Shown here in pieces: positions 36,495 through 47,696 of a DNA stretch of 63,947 nucleotides. The notes beneath the pieces were generated by a model that was not told the origin of the DNA, made no database searches, and was given only the letters and a program-made list of their open reading frames with translations. Every line of letters begins with the position of its first letter. Positions within the stretch are counted from its first letter, which is position 1. The translations under genes and the position numbers were made by a program. Origin of the DNA: Vitrella brassicaformis CCMP3155 (lineage: Eukaryota; Protista; Chromerida); assembly GCA_001179505.1 (NCBI GenBank), contig CDMY01000272.1:1-63947 (forward strand). Direction: 5' to 3'.

Positions 36495-38837
36495 TCATCT
36501 GTCCCCTCCCTCCGCCACATTAGACACACCACTTGTCAGCGTGAAACGACGCTCATTCCCATCACCATCACCACCCCCACCCCCACCTATGCCCGACATT
36601 AGCTGAGGGGCGGTCATGGCGGCCTGTGGTGGGGGACCGCCTGAGCTGCCTTGGCTGCGTTGACTCTGTTGATGTCCCTGCCCCTGGGACGCTCGCAAAG
36701 CGGGAAGGACTGTGCCGAATGTGGGTAGTCGGACGGGCAGCCCGATGGGCGAGTAGCTGTCTTCCGCCTCGTCTCTCTCCGTCTCTGCGTCTGCTGCCGA
36801 TGCGGCGGGCTGCAGGAGGGTGGCAGAGAGGGGCTCCGGCCGGTGCACGAAGCCTCCTGTGGTGGTCTGGGGCCCGAAGGTGGACGCAGACACAGAGGGG
36901 GTAATGTCGTCCACTGAATGGAATGCAGTGCAGCAGAGAGGGAGAAACAGAAAACGCGAGACTCTGTGTGTGTCTCGATAGACGTGTGTGTGGAAATGAA
37001 TGCTGGCTGACCCTTCTGAGTAGTATCAGGTTTGCGGATGCCCATGGCGTACAAAGGGTCCGTCTCGCTGGAAGCTCCTGTGCGGAGGGAGAGAGAACGG
37101 ACGGGCTGCGCCACCAATCTGTTGATTCATGTGATGCACAGCACACGGAAGGAGGGCAAGGCACAGAGACAGAGAGATTCATTTACACAAGGATGAAATG
37201 AAAAGAGCTGTCTTGTCTCGTGCTGTGCTTCAGGGCCGTGCGTACGTCTCCTTCTCGAACATGCGGTGGTACAGGAATATCCACTTGTCGGGGTCCCGAC
37301 CCTCCATGTGCTTATAGTATTTGGAGAACAGAAAGGACGACACAAAGCCCACAAACAAAGCCATGAACAGGGTCAGCACCTGCATACACACACGCAGAGA
37401 GGGAGGGGGAGAGAACACATACATACTGGATGGATGGATGGATCTGTGCCTGTCTTACTGCCTTACCCTGAGAAGGTTGTTGAGGTCTCTGATGGGCACC
37501 AGCCGCGGGCTGAGCAGGTCGATCTGCACTGTCTCCGTGTCTATCACAAACGGACCTTGCCCTATACACACACACACACACAAACACACAGAGGCGTATG
37601 CAGCAAGGCTCTTTCTCCATGGGCTTCTGTGTCTCACACACCAAAGGTAATGCCGCCCGGCCCCTGTATGGGCCCTTTGTCAGGTGGTGAGGGGTCGATC
37701 GGCTTCTCTTTGTCCTCGTTCTCGTCCACTATGTTGCCTTTCTTGTCGCAGGTGAAACAACCCTCCTCGCGGGCACACAACTGCAGGTCAGGCACCCCAT
37801 ATGGCGAAACAAACAAACAGGTGTGTGTCGTGTGTGTCTGTCTGTCTGTCTGTGTCATGTCATGTGCGGGGGTGTCTGCCTCTCATCCATCGCTCACTCA
37901 CGTGTACGTTGCAGTATAGGAAAATGAACGGCGAGTCGCCCAACCTGAAGAGCGGGAGGGCCATGCGGGTCAGCTCACGCTCTTGCTTCACAAACTCCAC
38001 CTCGATCTCCGCTGCACAACACACAACGACGTATTCGTTGGTATCCCCCTTCCCCTCCCCCCCACACCACACCCCACCCACCGGGCCGCTCGCAGTAGTC
38101 CTTGATGAGGATGACCGCCTGTGGGTCCCCCGCCTCCCCCGACGCCCAGCAGTGCTTCAGGTTGAGCGCAAAGCCCGTCTTGTAGCTCGTGAAGACCTCT
38201 ACTACCAGCTCCTCGCTCCACCGCGGTATCACCATGGGGGGCTCATACAGCCGCTCATCGCACTCCCTGTCCAGACAGGCCTGCATCTGGACATCGAACT
38301 CGCCGCTCCCGCTGACGTTGACGGTCTTGACGCCCTCTCTCTCCACCTGGGTGCTGACGGTGAGGTCCTTGCTGTAAAGGCACTCGACCTCATACCGCAC
38401 CTCGCCCCCCAACAGCGCCCCGCCGCCGATGACCCTCGCCTCGTTGGTGTGGACAATCCACTGGTCGCTGCTGTCGGCGTTGGCCTGTGTTCCGCAGCCG
38501 TCGAGTGGGGTGGACACACAGAGGAGGGAGTTGTCGTCATACGAGTGGCAGGAAGGGTCGGGCGTATCGCTGAACGACCTGCAGACACAGAAAGGGAACA
38601 CACGCACGACACGATGTGGATTATTCATAAACATGATGTGTGTGTGTGTTGGGGATGAGTGCGTTGGTTGGTTGGTTCATGCCAGATGAGGTTTGAAGGT
38701 TCGAGGCAGAGGGTCATGCTGGTGGGGTTGCACGTGAGCGACACGGGGCGGATGGCTGCTGCTGTGGTCACTACGGAGAGCACCACAACCAGCCCCGTGG
38801 GGGAAGGCGCAACGGAAGAGAGCGACATAGCACACAT
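36495..38837 (-). CDS. Zona pellucida (ZP) module protein: signal peptide, ZP-N, ZP-C, EHP-like patch, TM, cytosolic tail
   Basis: LTCNPTSM...DPSC...PLDGCGT...EVECLYSK...GSGEFDVQM...LNLKHCWAS...LIKDYC...PLFRL...FLYCNVHLC...GCFTC...GPFVI...TM VLTLFMALFVGFVSSFLFS. Tail exons after 37240 are less certain; an alternative stop lies at 37230. Confidence 0.85.
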
Positions 38838-38990
38838 AGCCTGAGCCAAAGAGGATGCAAATTGGAGCCCGGCGTGCTGATATGAGTGGTTTGAAGCCCT
38901 TTCCGGAGTTCTGCCACTGTGGGCTGGGTGGGGGCTCAGCCGCCTCTGACTCGGAGTCCGCGTCTCACTTTCTTCAAGTTCCCCTCTCCG

Positions 38991-39414
38991 ATGGTGGTAC
39001 GCGGAGTGGTGGCGTCGTTGGGTGTCCTTGTTGCCGCATTCATCCTCACACGCGACCTCTGTGCCGCCTCCCACATGGGCCAGCCGCAGCCATCGTCATT
39101 GCAGATGGCAGCCGTCAGCCCATGCAGTGAAAAGGGGTAGGCAGGCATATGAAGCAGAGGCCTGCGGTCATTTCTCGCTGTCTGTGCTGTCTGCCTGCAG
39201 CGGATCAGACAAGCCAACCGAGGCTCCCAGAGGGAAAAACGAGGCCCTGTCACGGACTGAGGGTCACGCGTATGACGACGATGAAGACGAGGAAGATGCG
39301 CCCCCCCCACCGCCGTGCATTCCCCTTCCTAACCCAGGCATCAGACACGAGCCCCTGCCTGATGGTGAGGTGTGGTGTGGCGACCTGGAGCTGCCCCCCT
39401 TGAGAGAACAGTGA
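38991..39414 (+). CDS. Small putative secreted acidic/Pro-rich protein (2 exons)
   Basis: MVVRGVVASLGVLVAAFILTRDLCAA signal-like leader; phase-2 intron joins to GSDKPTE...DDDEDEEDAPPPPPCIPLPNP...WCGDLELPPLREQ*. Confidence 0.5.
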
Positions 39415-39578
39415 CAGATGGATGGATGGATGCATTGGTATACACAGTAATAAAATATTGGTCGGTTGGTTGGTATGTGCTCAAGTCGATTTGTATGTAC
39501 AGTATGGTGTTGACCTTGTCTCTGTGCGCACACTTACACATGTACAGACAGACATCGAACGGGTAATCGTGCATTCTT

Positions 39579-40886
39579 CTGTCGATGATCAAGCAGCCGT
39601 ATCGACATCAGACAGTCCCACTCTCCCGCACTATCGACAACCAGGCCATCCGCTCACAAAGCCCAAGCCAACACACAGCCACTTCAAAGACGCAGACACC
39701 GGGAAAAACAGCCGCAACGGCGTCGACTCGCTGAGCACTTCTAATTGAAGCCCACCAGAGCCTTGACGAGCGTGAACACTTGAATTTCGACCGAGAAAGG
39801 GATGGCGTGCAAGGGCATGAGTACCATGGGCCACGACAGCACTTCTCGTGTGTCGGGGGACTTGCCAGCCGTGTACCAGATGCCCCAGGGGGACGGCAGG
39901 TAGACGTACATGAACTGACAACACACACAGCGAGAGGCAGAACGAACAACAGGTCGATGCCATGCGCCGCGCCCAGCGAGCCCTTCCCGGCCTCACCACG
40001 ACAGCAAAAGGAGCGACGAGGATGCCAGGAATGGACACCAGCAGCAGCGTGTCGTTAGACACAGTGTAGCCCTGTGAGAGCAGCACATGGACCACGGCCA
40101 TCGGCACGGCGTAGATGAAGTCGGCGAGGCCGACCCCCCAGGCCCAGCCAGTGGGGAACGTGCCATTGTACCACTGACACACAGGCAGACAGGGACACAA
40201 ACATACCAACACACAGACAGACAGACAACATGAGCGCATCTTCGTTCGTTCGCTCTCGTGTGTGTATGTTTTTGCACACCTTGATGAAGGTGACGAATGC
40301 CAGCAGACGGGGATACTGCACAGCCAAAAGCCACGGCAGCGGGATGGCACTCAACATGGCCTGCAGCACACACACACACACACACAGAGAGATGAGCCCT
40401 CATTGCCTGGATTCTCCACTCGGCCCCTCCCTCCCACTCTCACTCACCGCAGCTTCATCTTGTAGCCGGCCCGGCAGCAGCACCCCAGCCACGTCGACAA
40501 ACACGCCAGCCAGCGCCACAAACGTGGGCAGCAGATACTTGGTGTTGCGGAGGAACACACCAGTGTATCCGAGATAGGCCGTGACGGCGCCGTACGAGAG
40601 GTGGAAGGCCAGCCATGCCCACAGAGCGTAGCTGCCGGTGGGTGCGTACCACTTGAGAGTGAGGGCCAGCCACACAAACGTCCAGACAAAGATGAGCGGC
40701 GTCACGACCGATTCGCCGCGGACGTGTGGGGGCGGCTTGTGCAGCAGAGGCCACACCAATGGCTGTTCCTTCGACGCTGCAGTGATCGAGGCAGACAGAA
40801 AGACCGATTTATGAGGGAAACCATGAATGACATTGAATGAAAGTGTCTGTCTGCTCTCACTGCTTACTAACACGTGTCGGCCGCCG
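39579..40886. repeat. Inverted duplicate of 1-1352
   Basis: Direct reverse-complement match, including introns and 3' flank. Confidence 0.95.
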
Positions 40887-40920
40887 TGCCGTGACCGCGT
40901 TGCTTGAGAGATGCAGCCAT
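39741..40920 (-). CDS. Multi-pass membrane protein, copy B (carries a 1-nt insertion relative to copy A)
   Basis: ATG at 40920 (MAASLKQRGHGTAADT). Same exons as copy A; ends ALVGFN*. Extra base at 40700. Confidence 0.7.
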
Positions 40921-41048
40921 TTCGTCAACTATTGCTGTTCGTCAATTGGAATCCGGGCGGTGAAATCGGTGTGCAATGATTTCTTTTGATGCGGATGACT
41001 TTGGCAGACAAACAGCGATGGATGCCACTCCTTCGCGTCATCTTCTTT

Positions 41049-41093
41049 GGGTTAGGGTTAGGGTTGTCAAACCCAGAAGAACCCTGAACCCTA
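41049..41093. repeat. Interstitial telomere-like repeats in opposite orientations
   Basis: GGGTTAGGGTTAGGGTT (41049-41065) followed by AACCCTGAACCCTA (41080-41093). Confidence 0.7.
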
Positions 41094-42309
41094 GCAATGA
41101 ACCAGTGAATTGACAAAAGAGAGTGACTTTTCAATGGATGCGTCCGTCCGTCTGTGGACCTTGCGGATGGCTGGATCGATTGTTGGATTGCCAGGTACAA
41201 ATACGCCTATACGCGTAGACGGACGGATGGATGAGTCTGTCGTCTGTTCGTCGCCCTATAGTACACAGGAAGAGAAGAGCCCCATCCAATCCAATCAATG
41301 CACACACGCATCCGATCCGTCCGCGCATCAATCAATCAATCAATCAATCTCACACATGACATGGATGGGGTGGCCATGCATGACTGCACGCAGCATCCAT
41401 CCATCCATCCTCCATCCATCAGTCGGCCGGCCATTCAACAAGTGATCAGAGTGCCACTCCGTCGAGTGTAGTGTGCGCTGAGTGTGCTGCCTGGCTGTCA
41501 GGCCATGGGCAGGGGAGAGAGGGAGGGAGGGAGGGAGGGAGGGCATGACGCACAGTCCTCTGTACAGCTCAGGCAAGAAGAAATAGAGGCAGGCAGGCAG
41601 GCAGGCGCCAGCAGTAGGGATGGGCGGACAGGGGACAGGGGCATGGCCCACAGAAGTGAAGTGGTCAAAACGAAGAGGCGAGTGCTTAAAACGGTAGTGG
41701 GGGCAGGGCACGTGGATTGAAAAGCAATGAATGCACTCGATAATATATGTGAGCCAGCCAGAAAGGAAGTGGAGTAGGCACCAGCCCCTCTGCGCCTGCC
41801 TTGTCGATTGAATTAGGGCACTTCGATAAGTAAGAGGATGAAAACGATGGATGGATGGCAGCGAAGAAAAAAAGAAAGAAAGAAAGACAGACCGGCCGGC
41901 CATCCATGTGCAATGAATGACCCACCCAATTGTCCGGACCGACAAGACTCCTCCCTCCCACTCTGGTACTTAATTGCTCGCCATGCGAACCGACACATAC
42001 CCAGGCAGGGTAGGTCCATACGTATACGTAGATAGAGACACGCAATCCATCCACACCACGTCGCAGAGTTAGCGAGTACCTTCCTCCCTCCCTCCCTCCC
42101 TCTCTCCCTCCCCGGCTCTCTCCTCCGCCAAGCATCCCCCTCGCCCCACACTGCACACACATGCAGTGCAGCAAAACATCAGAACACGACTGACTTGCAC
42201 GATGGATAGGTACGACTGGTCCACGAGCCCCCCTCCCCCTCTCGCCGTCACAACAGGTCGGTCTCATGGCTCTCTCCCTCCTCGCTTGGCCGTCAATCGA
42301 TCGAATCGA

Positions 42310-45300
42310 TCACCTCCTGCCACTGGCTGCTCGTGGGGACGGGGAGGAGTTGTTTGGCGGCACCCGTATCTGCTGGTGTGGCGGGAGGTCGGTATACGCA
42401 AACGGCTCCTGCATGGGCTTGAGGCACCAGTCGGCTGTGTCGAACCGCTCCATGGGGCTGCTCTCGTAGTCGTAGTCCGTCCGCCCGTTGCCGAACAAGG
42501 GTGACGCGTGGTGGGGGTGGGGGTGGGGGTGGGGCTGGAAGCTCGATGTCGATGTGGATGAGGCGCCCGCGACGCTCGACTGGACAGAGGGGTCGGACCT
42601 GAGTGTCTTGTCGCCGCCTGATGATGCTGAGCCGCTGCCGGGCTGCAGCCAACAGCCAAGCTGACTGTTCCACCTGACACACACGGACGAGACGAGGGGG
42701 GAGGCCTGCTTTTGTTGCGTCCGTCGATTGCGTACCCCCCGTACCTCCAGTTTCGTTTCTCGAGGGCATACGCCGCCATGCTCTGCTGCAGCTTACCCTG
42801 ACAGACAGACAAGACACAACCATACACACACCACACAGTGCAATGCACCTGCCCCTGCTCCCTCCCTCCCTCCCTCCCTCTCTCCTGGCTCATCTATCTC
42901 ATTCCCTCCATTACCTTACCCGGTGGTATGCGAATATGAAGAGTAGGGTGTCGTCCGACAGCACACGCTCAAAGTAGTCGTACGAGTCGGACAGCTGGGA
43001 GGGCTCCACGGGGAACCGCAGCTGCACCAACGACGGCTGCAACGGACCGGGGATCGGCTGCTCCGGGTGATACACATGCTGTCGGCACACATCACATATC
43101 ACATCCAACGCACACATTTATGTGAGTGAAGTTGACTGACACTGAGGTCCATGTGTGTGTCCCCCGTCCCGCCTTGTTTGTTTACCTCTGACAGTTGGTG
43201 GTGCCTCTCGTCTCCCTTGGGCGCGTCCTTCATGGAGGCCTCCAACACAGCCAATGTCTGCTGCAGCCGCTCGTGAAGGGACAATCCTGACCAGGCACAC
43301 ACACACATCAGATAAGACCTCTTCGTTCCATCTCACTCACCTTTGCTTCTCCGTATTCTGACGTGGGCGAGGCTTGGTATGGGCCCCTTGCCCGTCGACG
43401 CACCACCACCACCGCCGCCACCCTTTCCCCCATCGCCATCCGTCGGTTTGCTGTCCTCCCGGCCGACATCGCGCGACAGCCGTTGCGGCCGGGGGGGCGG
43501 GTAGGGCGGGGGCGGGTTGCGCACACTGGGGGGCAGCTTCTGCTGCTGAGCTGACCTGCCAACGTGGTCCACCTCACTGGGCTGCGTGCGCGCCGCTGGT
43601 GCTGGCGCATCTGCCGATTGTGTTGCATCGTTTGCCACTCGTGGTGAGGATGCCTGCACCACATGTGCCGCAGCTGGTGGGTCGGTCTTGGACTTGGGGG
43701 ATGAAGAGGACGGCAGGCTGCTGGCAGAGGGGTTGAGCAGGGGGGACGATCCCGCCGCAGGTGTGGACGTGTCGGTGTCCGACACACCCATGGCGGGGCC
43801 ATTGGCAGTCGACAGGGCCCGTGGGCTGGCAGTGGTGGCTGAGGGGGCCTTGGCGGCCATCGTGGGCTTGTACACCGCCTGCCGCTTCGCGCGATCCACC
43901 TGCACACACCCACGCCAGGCCAGGCAACTCACTCAGTCACTCATTGTTTCCCTCTCTGTCTTGCCGCCCCACCCAATCCCACACACGCACTTGTCCAATA
44001 GCTGCGGTAGTGGGTGGTGATGCAGCCGCCGTGGTGCCTGAGTCGCCTTCTGGTGGCTCCTTGCCGCTTGCCGCCGCCGGCTCGGCACCTCGCTTGCCCA
44101 CACCGTTGGCAGTGGTGGCCGTTGTCCCGCCTCTGATTGACGGGGGCGATGCGCCCCTATCGCTTGACGGCCGCGTGCCGTTGATAGTGAGCCGGGAGAC
44201 GTGGTTGGGCTGCTGCAGTCTTGACGGGGGTGTGGCGGCGACGGGTTGTGGGCCGGGGGAAGTCGCGGACGAGGCAGGAGACGTGCCATTCAGACCCTCC
44301 TGCATTGCATCAGACAGACAGACAGACAAGGGAGGGAGGTGGAATATATGGAGAAAGAAATGAATGAAGGACGGGTGTGTCTCTTTCTTTGAGGGGGGCT
44401 ATGCTGTCTGTCTGTCTGTCTTTGGTGCTGGAATGGACTGTGGTGCCGCGCCGGCCTACCGGTTTTGGAGAGATCTGAGATGGTGCGATCTGACGACAGA
44501 CAGACAGACAGACCGGTAAAGACGCGACAGCAAGAAACAAAGGGTGTGTGAATGACGGTCTTTGTCCGTCCAGAGCTCACTCACCTTAGCGTCATCCGCA
44601 GGCGGCGGCCTCTTGGTGCCTCCACCACAACCACCACCACCACTGGCCACTGGTGTTGCGACCGAGTGGTTGGCGTCCGAGTCGACGGCGCCCCAGCTGG
44701 ACCCGCTGCCGGCCTTGGACAGAGTGGGCGCCGCCCTCTCTGCCGGTCGCTCGCGACCTGTAGCACCCTTGTCGCGATCCCTCTCCTTGTCCTTGTCTTT
44801 GTCGTGCTTGTCCTTGGCTGCTGCTGCTGCTGGTAGTGGCGATGCGGCCTTGGAGGACGACATGGGAGTCTCGGGGTGCTCCTCTGAATGCTGCTCGATA
44901 CCATGCCCAGACAGGTAGGTACATGCATGTATGTGCTATGCTGTGCTGTCTTGGTGTCCCTCCCTCCCTTCGTCCGTTGCGTTGCGTACACTTGAGGAGA
45001 TGAGAGAGGGCCGCTTCGCGTCGCGCTTCAGGACTGACACGCCGGGGTTGGCGCCGGGGGGCACTTCATTCATTCAACAACCGAAGGCGACACACACGAC
45101 ACACACGACAGCAGGCAGTGGGTCGTCTTGAGTTGACTGTTTCTGGTTACTGGTGTGTCACTTCACTTACCTGGTCTGCCCAGTTTGGCGAGCTTTGAGT
45201 TCTTTGGCGTGGGGTCGTCCTTGGCTGACAGACAGACAGACAGACAGACAGACATAGGGAGGAGGTTAATGGGATGCATGTGTGTGTGTGTGTGTGTGTG

Positions 45301-47111
45301 TGTGTGCCATACCAGGTTCTGATGGTTCGGGTGCGGGGCTGCCCGAGAGGCCTGAGGCATTCTCGGACTCATCGGCGTCTGCAAACATGAACACGTCACG
45401 TCAGGCTCTACCATTTCATGTGGCCGGGCCAGGCCATGGCTGTGTGTGCGAGCATAGCATACCGTCCTGCATGTCTTCCGCCCCCTCATTGAACGCGGTC
45501 AGCTGGTTCTCGTCGTACAGATCCTATTAGACCCACACACGGACACAGACAGACAGGTGGCTCGGCTCCTGTGTGTTGCCTCCTGCTTGTCTGTCTGGCT
45601 GGCTCGAGTAGCGTAGGCACCTACCTCGAGTGCTTGTTGGTATGCGATGACTTTGTCGTCGTCGATGGTGTCGTCGTCGACCTCGTCCAGCCACATGACC
45701 AAACTGTCCACGATGTTCTCAACCGCCTCCAACTACATACATGTACACCACACCCACACGTGCATCGATCGCATCAACCAACATGTCAGTCGGGTCGGTG
45801 GCTGCCTGTCCCGGACGGCTGGCTGGTTGTCCTTCCTTGTCCCACCCAATCACTCTCTCACTGACTCAACCAACCAGCTTACATCGAAGCTGTCATTGTG
45901 TATCCGCCGGACCATCTGGTCCAGCTGCACACATAACATACACACGTACAAGACACAACAAACACTCTGTGCTGTGCTGCGTGTTCAAGTGTGGCCGTAG
46001 GGAGGAAGGTGGATTCGTTGTCTGTGCGCACGTTGTGTATGTGGCCCTCGTATCGGTCGATGGTGCCCTGGAGAGCACCTAGCACATTCGCATCTGAACG
46101 AACATACCAACCACCATTTACACAAAGCACCCAGGGAGGGAGAGAGGGAGGGAGGGATAAATGACAGGGTAGTGGGTTTGTGTACCTACCTACCTGGTCC
46201 CTTCTTCTTGCCTCCCTTGCTGCTCTCCTTCTCGAGGTCGGCCTCCACCTGCTCCTTCAGAAGACTCAGCCGATGGCTCAGCTCCTCTATCTTGCTGATA
46301 GATACACACATACACACACACATGGATGGATGGACACATCATATTTGTCCCATGTGTGTGACACCCTCCCCTCACGCGATCTTGTCTTGCTTCTCGATGT
46401 CCTTCTGATCCATCTGTGGGACACACACACACACACACACACCGCACAGCCGTGCACATGCCGCCCATCCGATAGATCTGGCCACGGGCAGCTACCTTAG
46501 GTGTTTGCTCGAGTCCTTCTTTGGAGTAGGTCTTCATCTTGAAGTGCTTCTCCAGCTCACGGAAACGCTCCATCTCCTGCACACACACACACACACACAC
46601 ACACAAAGACACCCAGACCAACCTTGCAGACACCGCCGCGAACCCGGCGGCTCGCAGGGCCGCTCATTTCATTCATCCCCTGCCCGACCTTTTCTATTTT
46701 CTTCCTTGCTTCGAGTAGGTCGTCCTTCTTGCTGCGCGTCGAGTCCTGCTCCAGCCACTTCTTGATGTCGTCACGATGCCTGACACACGCAAATAGACAG
46801 ACAGACAGACAACCGATGGATACTCTGAGGCCGTCCCTCCCTCGTGTGTCCGTGTGTGTGTATGTGGTGCATAGTCCCCTCCCTCCCTCCCTCCCTCCCT
46901 CGCTCTCCTTTGCCCACCCACCCAAATCGCTCTTTGTTTACCGCTGCAGCTTCTTGAGTTCCTGTTTGAGTTTGTTTTGGAGCGTTTCCTTGTGGTCCTG
47001 GTTGCGCGCCGCCTCCACCTTGCCCCAGGTGTCACTGAACTCCGCCAGGCCCTCGTCCACCTTCTTGAGACACACCTCTATCTCCGCAGCCTGCTTCTTC
47101 TTGGCCGCCAT
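42310..47111 (-). CDS. Divergent CCR4-NOT NOT3/NOT5-like paralog
   Basis: N-terminus EIEVCLKKVDEGLAEFSDTWGKV...LKQELKKLQR, EMERFRELEKHFKMKTYSKEGL. C-terminal NOT-box-like SDDTLLFIFAYHR|GKLQQSMAAYALEKRNWRWNSQLGCW...FDTADW. Confidence 0.85.
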
Positions 47112-47696
47112 CACAAACACACCGAATCACTCCAAACACGGGCCACGTGCCGCCTCAGTGGCCTCCAGGCCTCAGGTATTTAATGCCGGCAGCCGACAGA
47201 TGGCAGGTCGGTGCGGCCCGCCCGGCCCCTGCTTTCCTCTCACACACACGCCGACACGCCGCCAGCTCTCCACCGCCCCGGGATCTGATCCAATGGACCA
47301 CACGAGACGATTTGTGTTTGTCTTGTCAAAAGAGTGACGCGTGATCCAGGAAACGGCTGGCACTCAACACAGACAGCTACACGGACAGCTGCCACCAACT
47401 GTGACTGGAGCGGAGCTTCTCCTTCAGCACCCATTTGCGAGCTTTGTGCACTTTCAGCTCGCACGAGAGAAGAAGCGGGAAGAAGTGCTTGTTGGGTGTG
47501 CTTGTGCCTGCCTACGTGGTGTTGGATCCTTGCTTCGAAGCGAAGGCGATTGACCAGGCTGCTGATGGTTGGCGAGGCGGCTGCTGAGTGAGTGAGCCTT
47601 GGTGTGGTTGAGCGTCCGATCCCGTCCGTCCATCGAGCTGAGCGAGGCAGTGGAGCGAGCGAAGTGGCGTCATCATCATCCCATCCATCATCCAGC

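Noticed and set aside
36495-38837. Animal contamination as the source of the ZP gene
   Set aside because: Intron style matches the flanking alveolate genes and there is no gap nearby; long reads would settle it.
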